Shown here piece after piece: positions 26,379 to 32,000 of a stretch of 32,000 nucleotides of DNA (positions are counted from its first letter, which is position 1; every line of letters starts with the position of its first letter). The DNA is from Candidatus Thorarchaeota archaeon (GTDB taxonomy: Archaea; Asgardarchaeota; Thorarchaeia; Thorarchaeales; Thorarchaeaceae). Below the pieces are notes generated by a model. The model made no database searches. It worked only from the letters and a program-made list of their open reading frames with translations, and was not told the origin of the DNA. Location of the stretch: positions 30,001-62,000 of the forward strand of contig PRDJ01000077.1 of the NCBI GenBank assembly GCA_003345555.1. Reading direction: 5' to 3'. The position numbers and the translations under genes are program-made.

Positions 26379-27032
26379 ATGAAGAATCGGAGAAGCCGCA
26401 AGGGCCTGCTCTTTGTACTAGAAGGCATCGACGGTTCTGGTAAGACTGCTGTAGCTGAGCTGGTTGTCACGCGTCTGACGGAAGAGGGGTATGATGCTGT
26501 CAAGCTTCATGAGCCCACGAGTGAGAGTGAATGGGGGCGTCAAATAAGGGATCGGTCCCCGAGAGGCGGATTAAGCCCGGCCGAGGAACTTGAGCTCTTC
26601 GTTCGCGATAGAGAATGGCACGTCCGAAATCGCATTCGCCCCGCTCTCAACGCAGGCAAGATAATTGTGTTGGACCGATATTTCTTCGCCAATGGAGCAT
26701 ACCAGAGCGCCAGTACTGGAATCCACTGGAGGGAAATCCTTCGAAGGAATAGGGAGGGAATTCACCCACCAGAGCCTGATCTGGTTTTCGTACTTGATGT
26801 CCCAGTAGAAACAGGTCTCGCAAGAGTGCTAGGTAGAGAGTACCAGAGTAACGAGCAATTCGAGAAGATTGAGCGGCTTGTCAAGGTGCGTCAGGCCTAC
26901 TTGGAAATGGCACATGAGGATGCTGGCCTTTTCGAAATCGTTGATGCTACTCAGACATTAGAGCAAGTCGCGGACCAAGTGCACAGGAGAATACTAGAGT
27001 TCTTAGGACGGAAGGGCCGGAAAACGGGTTAG
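26379..27032 (+). CDS. tmk: Thymidylate kinase
   Basis: LEGIDGSGKT, HEP, LDRY, PDLVFVLDV. Confidence 0.95.
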   Translation: MKNRRSRKGLLFVLEGIDGSGKTAVAELVVTRLTEEGYDAVKLHEPTSESEWGRQIRDRSPRGGLSPAEELELFVRDREWHVRNRIRPALNAGKIIVLDRYFFANGAYQSASTGIHWREILRRNREGIHPPEPDLVFVLDVPVETGLARVLGREYQSNEQFEKIERLVKVRQAYLEMAHEDAGLFEIVDATQTLEQVADQVHRRILEFLGRKGRKTG

Positions 27033-27187
27033 GAACTCGCTGGCCAGCGGCTCAGGAACGAGAATCGACGCTTGCAGTGGAATCAATATGACGGTTTTGT
27101 CACAAGCTTTTTTAATGCGGCGCCACGCAGCCATAAAAAAGACAAGCTCCTCGCACACTGGCGAGCAAGGGACCGGAGTAGAAGATC

Positions 27188-28327
27188 ATGCCCGTAGCAA
27201 TGCTTCTGATTGACTGGGACAGCAAGATAGGGGCCGTGTTGAAAGCAAAGGTCCCCAATGATTTCGCTGACTACTACAAAGAAGACTTGAACACCGAAAT
27301 CATGCGTATCTTTACGTCGCACGCTATGGGTGATGCCACAGCCGGTTTCTCATCTCTTAGTGTTCGAATTGGCGGCGAGGAGTATAGCGTTGCATCATAC
27401 TACACAGGCATTCTCCGTGAAGAGGAGCAATACTGTGTGTCACTGTTATTGACACCATCTGAAGATCCAAAGATGTACGAGGCAGCAATAACGTCTGTTG
27501 TTTCTCCGCTAACCAATGCGGTTGTATCGATGACAGATTCCGAGTTCCAAACAGAACTCGAGAACACCTACCGCAGAATAATCAGACTTGCTGGCATGAC
27601 AGACGAGTCGCGCTTGGCCCGCCTGTTTGCTGACGAAGTCTCAAGGGCTGTTTTTCCGAAACTCTGGAAGGGAGGAATATCCAAGGAGGACCTTGAGGAA
27701 TGGCTCAAGATGGTCACAGGTCTTCCGAGCGTAAGCGTGGATTCAATACTAGCGCCGTTCGAGGAGCTAGGTATCATCAAGAGCGACTGGGTAGACGAAA
27801 TAGGCAGAACCTGTGTCTTTATGATAAAGGATCTTGAGGTCTTCCGTGCTCCACCTCTCCAAGCTATGGAGTCTGCAAGTACTATGGTGGATCCCGAGCT
27901 CGCAGCAGAATACAAGGGCGAGGTGCTGGAATTTCTGACAGAATGGCAGAAGACACCGGACGATACAGTTGCCGTCGCTCAAGTTCTTGCAGACCCTGAC
28001 TGCTACGATATGCTGAACGAGCTGAGGCGTAGGCCAGCAAACATGTCCGAGCTAGAGGCCACACTGGGCATTCCCCCCAAGGAACTGAAAGAAGCAGTCC
28101 AGACTCTGAAGAAGTACAGAATTGTCTCCGAGAAACGGAGAAAGGGGTCCTCTGGCGAATTTGACAAGTGGCTGTTTCTTCTCAACGACATTCGGGTGCG
28201 GTTGTTCTTCCCCGAATACTTCCTTCAATCTCTAATCGCTGATCTTGAAAAGACGCCTGACGATCCAAAAGCACGCGAAATGGTGCATCATCACTTGCGG
28301 CTGTTGCGAGACAATTTCCCACGCTGA
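27188..28327 (+). CDS. Longin/uDENN-like domain + winged-helix domains (NPRL2-like architecture)
   Basis: IDWDSKIGAVLKAKVP opening hairpin, VASYY and YCVSLLL strands; wHTH-like ISKEDLEEWL...ILAPFEELGII and NMSELEATLG...AVQTLKKYRIV. Confidence 0.6.
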   Translation: MPVAMLLIDWDSKIGAVLKAKVPNDFADYYKEDLNTEIMRIFTSHAMGDATAGFSSLSVRIGGEEYSVASYYTGILREEEQYCVSLLLTPSEDPKMYEAAITSVVSPLTNAVVSMTDSEFQTELENTYRRIIRLAGMTDESRLARLFADEVSRAVFPKLWKGGISKEDLEEWLKMVTGLPSVSVDSILAPFEELGIIKSDWVDEIGRTCVFMIKDLEVFRAPPLQAMESASTMVDPELAAEYKGEVLEFLTEWQKTPDDTVAVAQVLADPDCYDMLNELRRRPANMSELEATLGIPPKELKEAVQTLKKYRIVSEKRRKGSSGEFDKWLFLLNDIRVRLFFPEYFLQSLIADLEKTPDDPKAREMVHHHLRLLRDNFPR

Positions 28328-28762
28328 GGGTCTTTCACACAGTGGGGAAACGGCCGATCTGTAGTGACGGACACAATCCTAGACAAGACCGCCCAGTTCG
28401 GTCAAGGAATTAATCTGCCATCGAACAATGATCCAGCAGACGCTCTCATGTCTATCAACTGGATGGCTGATGAAGAGCAGGGTCTGCAGTCTGCCGGCAC
28501 GTTCTCTCCACACTATTTAATCCCCTTTCTTGATGGCCTCCATGAATGATAGTCTTTGTCTTCTTAATTGATACCGCGCGTAGAAGACTGTCAATCTGAA
28601 GATTGTGGGTGAATAGCTGGAGTAATTCTCGGTGAATAACCAAAATGAACACTGAGACACGTCCTGTTGTACCACCCGATGGGCCATGGTAAATCCCTGA
28701 ATGAAGCCAACTTCATCCAGCGAGCAACCAGGGCAAACCAAACTTTGGCTAGTCTAAAGCCC

Positions 28763-28792
28763 GGTGCCGGTTCCGGGATTGGGACCGGCGCC
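28763..28792 (+). other. 12-bp GC-rich hairpin
   Basis: GGTGCCGGTTCC / loop GGGATT / GGGACCGGCGCC, with two G-U pairs that work only on the + strand. Confidence 0.5.
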
Positions 28793-29273
28793 CAAATCTC
28801 TTTTCAGATCCATATCTATGCCCGGCCGACTCTTTGACACGCGGGCATCCTGGCTGCCTCCCGGTCTGGTCGAGTCTATACGGAGGGTTGCGAAGAAACC
28901 GAACTCCGGCATGACGAACCTCCGCTGCGCAATTGCTACCATACTGGAGTAGCTCGTCGTGAGTTTGGAAAGCCATACCTGATCATTAAGTCTCCCTGCT
29001 TCGCTTAATGGCGAATTGCTGTTTCATTTTACGTTTCGAAGACTAGATAGGTTCATATGCCTAGTCTGCCCAAGATTCTTGGTTGATTCCGGTTCCGGCC
29101 AGAGTCAATTCCGATGAGTGGTTTATGTCGAGGAGCACGGTCCCCCGTCTAGGAACTCGCATTCGCAACACGGTCCCAAATCTCCGAGTTTCTAAATTGG
29201 TCCCCCTTGCCATTGCAAGTACTTGCGCATTACCGGTTTTTGCCGTGCGACGCGACAATCGAGCTCAACGGAA

Positions 29274-29318
29274 GCGGGAGGTTCGCACGATGCGGGCTTC
29301 GGCCCGGCGAGCTCCCGC
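29274..29318 (+). other. 17-bp interrupted hairpin capped by a C(UUCG)G tetraloop
   Basis: GCGGGAG/CTCCCGC, TTCGC/GCGAG, CGGGC-TTCG-GCCCG. Confidence 0.55.
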
Positions 29319-29337
29319 CCAACCCTATGCACGTAGT

Positions 29338-30282
29338 TCAGGTCAGCTTGCATTCGTACCAGATTCGTTTGTACCGCTCCCGGTAACAGGCGGCCTTGTA
29401 CATCATCGATGCAGGGAAGTCAACAGTGTCGACAATCAGCTCCGACCGCTTAACGCCCATAGAAGCCGCGCGGACCAGAATCTCATTGAGTATCGAACTG
29501 CCAAAGCCATGGCGTCGAAAATGAGGGGTCACTCCGATGCCATCTATCACCAAGCGCCTTTCACCAACCTGACTGCCCATCGGACCCAACAGAGTTCCGA
29601 TGCAGTACGCTATTGTATGCCCCTCGCATAGGCCGAAAAGGGCCAAGTCCCTGCAAAACGTGTCTGCCTGGGTTTTCCTGACGTAGTCTTCAGGGGTGAC
29701 TTCTCTGTAGTTGAACGAACCCTTGAACAGACTGTTCTGGAGAGAAGCCCATTTACCGGCGTCTCGGTCTTCTATAGTTCGATAGGTCAACTTGGTCGAG
29801 CCCGTCTGACCATGAATATTGCCGATATCAGTATGAACAAGCTTGGCCCATTCCCGTATGGGCCTGAAGCCTCGCTTCTCCAAGAAAGATATTGCAGCTG
29901 GCCTGAAGCTTGGTACATTACAGGTGACCTTGCTAGCTCCCTTGTCTTGTGCACCTGCAATAAGATTGCCTAGCAGCTGGCTTCCTATGCCTGCTTGTCT
30001 GAACGCAGGGTGCACATACATCGTCAAGAGCGAGCTTGGGTAAGCCCGCCCCATGACAGGTAGGATCGCGCCGAAAGCCACTGCCCGTCCAATCTTGTTT
30101 CGTACAAGCATTACATCCCGCGTGATATCGACGTCAGGGATAGAATAGCTCTGTTTGAAATAGTCGCCATCTAGGTCCGTATGGTCTGGATTGTCGAGGC
30201 CGTTGGCTGCATTATAGACTGCAGCAATCTCTTCAAAAGCAGATGAATCGGCCGCATGGTGAACCGACATTTCTCTGTTCAT
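29338..30282 (-). CDS. Tandem GNAT acetyltransferase (MshD-like architecture)
   Basis: Two acetyl-CoA motifs: VHPAFRQAGIGSQLL and VTPHFRRHGFGSSIL. Confidence 0.9.
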   Translation of the reverse strand: MNREMSVHHAADSSAFEEIAAVYNAANGLDNPDHTDLDGDYFKQSYSIPDVDITRDVMLVRNKIGRAVAFGAILPVMGRAYPSSLLTMYVHPAFRQAGIGSQLLGNLIAGAQDKGASKVTCNVPSFRPAAISFLEKRGFRPIREWAKLVHTDIGNIHGQTGSTKLTYRTIEDRDAGKWASLQNSLFKGSFNYREVTPEDYVRKTQADTFCRDLALFGLCEGHTIAYCIGTLLGPMGSQVGERRLVIDGIGVTPHFRRHGFGSSILNEILVRAASMGVKRSELIVDTVDFPASMMYKAACYRERYKRIWYECKLT

Positions 30283-30460
30283 GTTGTCTTGATGTCTCCA
30301 AGCAGTAGCTGGTCTTAGATAGATTAAAGCACCACAGCATCGAGACCCAATCGCGATTTTCGGGCATAAATCACGTGAAGCTTTAACTTATGTCAAACCC
30401 AAGAAGCACATGCTAGGATTGACCTGCCGGCTTCGGCACAATCTAATGCTGGTGTACTGA

Positions 30461-32000
30461 ATGATTCACAATACTTTCCTTGTCTATGGGCGAAAGATCC
30501 TCGCCTCATCTCAGTACTGGCCAACTACGGTGACTCCTGATGAAATCAACGAGTTCATCACAACGAGGGCGGACCTTCTCGCAGAGCATGGGGGTTTCAT
30601 GGATCTTCCGCTTATTGTTGGAGACAAGAAATTCCTTGCCCGGTCTGTCGAATCTGACATGCTGCTCATCTTTGTCAGTGACACGGGAGAAGATGAGCAT
30701 GTCATCTCCGAGAGACTAGACTCTGCAGCCAAGGAGCTAGGAAAGAAAATCAGAGCAAGCGGAGTTCGTGGTGTCGCGAAGCAGTACGCGTCACTCATTG
30801 AACCCATGATTACGACTCGACTCAAGATTGCCCTCGTGGGAGAGGGCGGAGTCGGAAAGACCACAACTCTGCAACTCCTCTTAGGCAACAGTCCTCCCCT
30901 ATCATACGTGCCGACGATTGCGCTGAACCTTGAAACGGTCGAGAATATTCGCTTCGGCAGCTATTCTCTTGTCCTCTGGGACTTCGCCGGTCAAGAGCGT
31001 TTCCGGACTCTGTGGAAGTTCTACTTTCATGGCGCTGATGTAATATTCTTGGTGTGTGATTCTACCTTGCGCAACGTGATTATCAGCAAGGACATACTGA
31101 AACTAATCAGACGCGACGCGCCCAAGGTACCTGTCTTTGCATTGGCGAACAAACAAGACAAGCCTAATGCAATGAAGCCCGAAGTCATTCAGAAGATTCT
31201 CGGCGTTCCCACATATCCTATGGTGGCAATCGACAGAGAGCGCAGAGATGAAATGCTCAAGATACTCTTGACGGCTGCTGCTCAGTACGTCGGTGTAACG
31301 TTACCTGACGTACCCACATCAGAGCTATTCAGATTCAGTGACCAAGCTGTAAAGGGTGCGGTGAAGGGCAAGGCCGCTGCTCGCGAACACAAAGAGCCGG
31401 AAGAAGCGCCGCCGGAGGAAGTCGTAGAGGAAGTCCTGATTGACGAGCAGGGAAATGTGGTTGAGGCTTCAGAGGAATATGAGGTAGTCGATGAAGTAGT
31501 AGAGGTCCTCGATGAGCCGTCGGAGACTGCGCATGTTCCAAGCCCAGCATCTGTAGAGCAGGCGCCTCGGGAAGAGGGCGAGGCAGCGGAGGCTGGCTTT
31601 GACATCGCAACCAGCGGCGCGGAATCCTTGGCAGAGGAAACAGGGCCAATGGTTAGCATGGATGCTGAAGAGCGACGCGAGGACTTGTTCTCGGCCTCTG
31701 AGAGAATCAGCGGTTCTTCCGACACGATGTCGGCGACAGTTGCTAAACAGCTGATTTCCGATGCCCTCGATGCAGACGATATAGTTGCCGCAGAGATAGA
31801 TCGTATTCCTCGTGAACATCTGGGTGCAGCAGTCGACGCCATCCGGTGCGATGAGACTGTCTCATCAGAACCTGAGAAGGAAAGCGTGCACGCCGTAGGC
31901 GCAAAAGCTATGCGCGATTTAGACAAAGTCTTAGGTCCCTCCGCAAGCAAGGAAACGAGTTCTCCAGAAGTCCGCAAGGTGTCTGAGAGCCCGATGGACG
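30461..32000 (+). CDS. Longin-like domain + Arf-like small GTPase + long acidic disordered region (3' end outside window; absent from ORF track)
   Basis: Hand translation from ATG 30461 is open to the window end (513 codons): MIHNTFLVYGRKILASSQYW..., GEGGVGKT (30839), YVPTI, WDFAGQERFRTLWKFYF, NKQD (31148), then Glu/Asp/Ala/Ser-rich sequence. Confidence 0.9.
   Translation, partial: MIHNTFLVYGRKILASSQYWPTTVTPDEINEFITTRADLLAEHGGFMDLPLIVGDKKFLARSVESDMLLIFVSDTGEDEHVISERLDSAAKELGKKIRASGVRGVAKQYASLIEPMITTRLKIALVGEGGVGKTTTLQLLLGNSPPLSYVPTIALNLETVENIRFGSYSLVLWDFAGQERFRTLWKFYFHGADVIFLVCDSTLRNVIISKDILKLIRRDAPKVPVFALANKQDKPNAMKPEVIQKILGVPTYPMVAIDRERRDEMLKILLTAAAQYVGVTLPDVPTSELFRFSDQAVKGAVKGKAAAREHKEPEEAPPEEVVEEVLIDEQGNVVEASEEYEVVDEVVEVLDEPSETAHVPSPASVEQAPREEGEAAEAGFDIATSGAESLAEETGPMVSMDAEERREDLFSASERISGSSDTMSATVAKQLISDALDADDIVAAEIDRIPREHLGAAVDAIRCDETVSSEPEKESVHAVGAKAMRDLDKVLGPSASKETSSPEVRKVSESPMD

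Noticed and set aside
27030-29160. Repeated 11-mer TAGGAACTCGC at 27030 and 29150
   Set aside because: Roughly a hundred chance 11-mer pairs are expected in 32 kb.
28328-29337. SRP RNA, RNase P RNA or 5S rRNA in the structured gap
   Set aside because: No helix-8 CCAGG...GGAA...AGCA, no GAGGAA-x-GUCC P4 motif, and 5S-like words (GTGGGGAAAC, TACTGGAGT) are isolated and ~600 nt apart.
29338-29340. GNAT stop is TGA; readthrough would give U-T-T-C (UxxC) with a hairpin just downstream, suggesting a selenoprotein
   Set aside because: The GNAT fold ends naturally at WYECKLT, the extension looks non-coding, and the hairpin has neither the archaeal GAA/A nor the AUGA/GA SECIS motif and folds better on the opposite strand.
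29083-29631. 182-aa plus-strand ORF, and the many other 60-230 aa ORFs overlapping confident genes (e.g. 544..1050, 13925..14371, 31282..31977)
   Set aside because: Antisense or off-frame shadows with Ser/Arg-rich composition and no motifs.
12832-30282. HDAC and tandem GNAT as an acetylation eraser/writer pair
   Set aside because: About 15 kb apart and both families are common; no linkage evidence.
30446-30460. In-frame uORF M-L-V-Y-stop abutting the GTPase ATG, preceded by hairpin TGCCG-GCTT-CGGCA (30425-30438)
   Set aside because: Four codons is within chance and overlaps the likely SD (GGTG); no evidence for function.
1-32000. CRISPR array, tRNA, transposase or integrase
   Set aside because: No regularly spaced repeats, tRNA T-loop/cloverleaf or recombinase motifs were seen by eye; tRNAscan-SE and a CRISPR finder would confirm.

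Overview
Gene-dense archaeal chromosomal window. The mix of archaeal housekeeping genes (class I lysS, trmY, rps26e, archaeal-type cca, ino1, short XPF, tmk) with many eukaryotic-signature-like proteins points to an Asgard archaeon, most plausibly Thorarchaeia (inference). No CRISPR array, tRNA/rRNA or mobile element could be supported. The main signal is at 278-5251: a two-gene module (Roadblock-linker-wHTH-wHTH protein plus Bet3/TRAPP-like V4R protein) occurs twice, brackets two membrane-protein genes and is followed by a third V4R/Bet3-fold gene, a candidate proto-TRAPP-like trafficking or GTPase-regulatory system. Also present: a Rab-like GTPase, a longin-wHTH protein of NPRL2-like architecture, a SNAP/TPR-PCI protein, a longin-Arf-like GTPase fusion with a long acidic tail that the ORF track misses because it runs off the window (30461 to >32000), a likely cobalamin-uptake operon with a perfect 22-bp palindrome at its promoter, and a structured ~1 kb gap (28328-29337) without a confident gene. 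All family calls are from motif recognition by eye; no searches were run.
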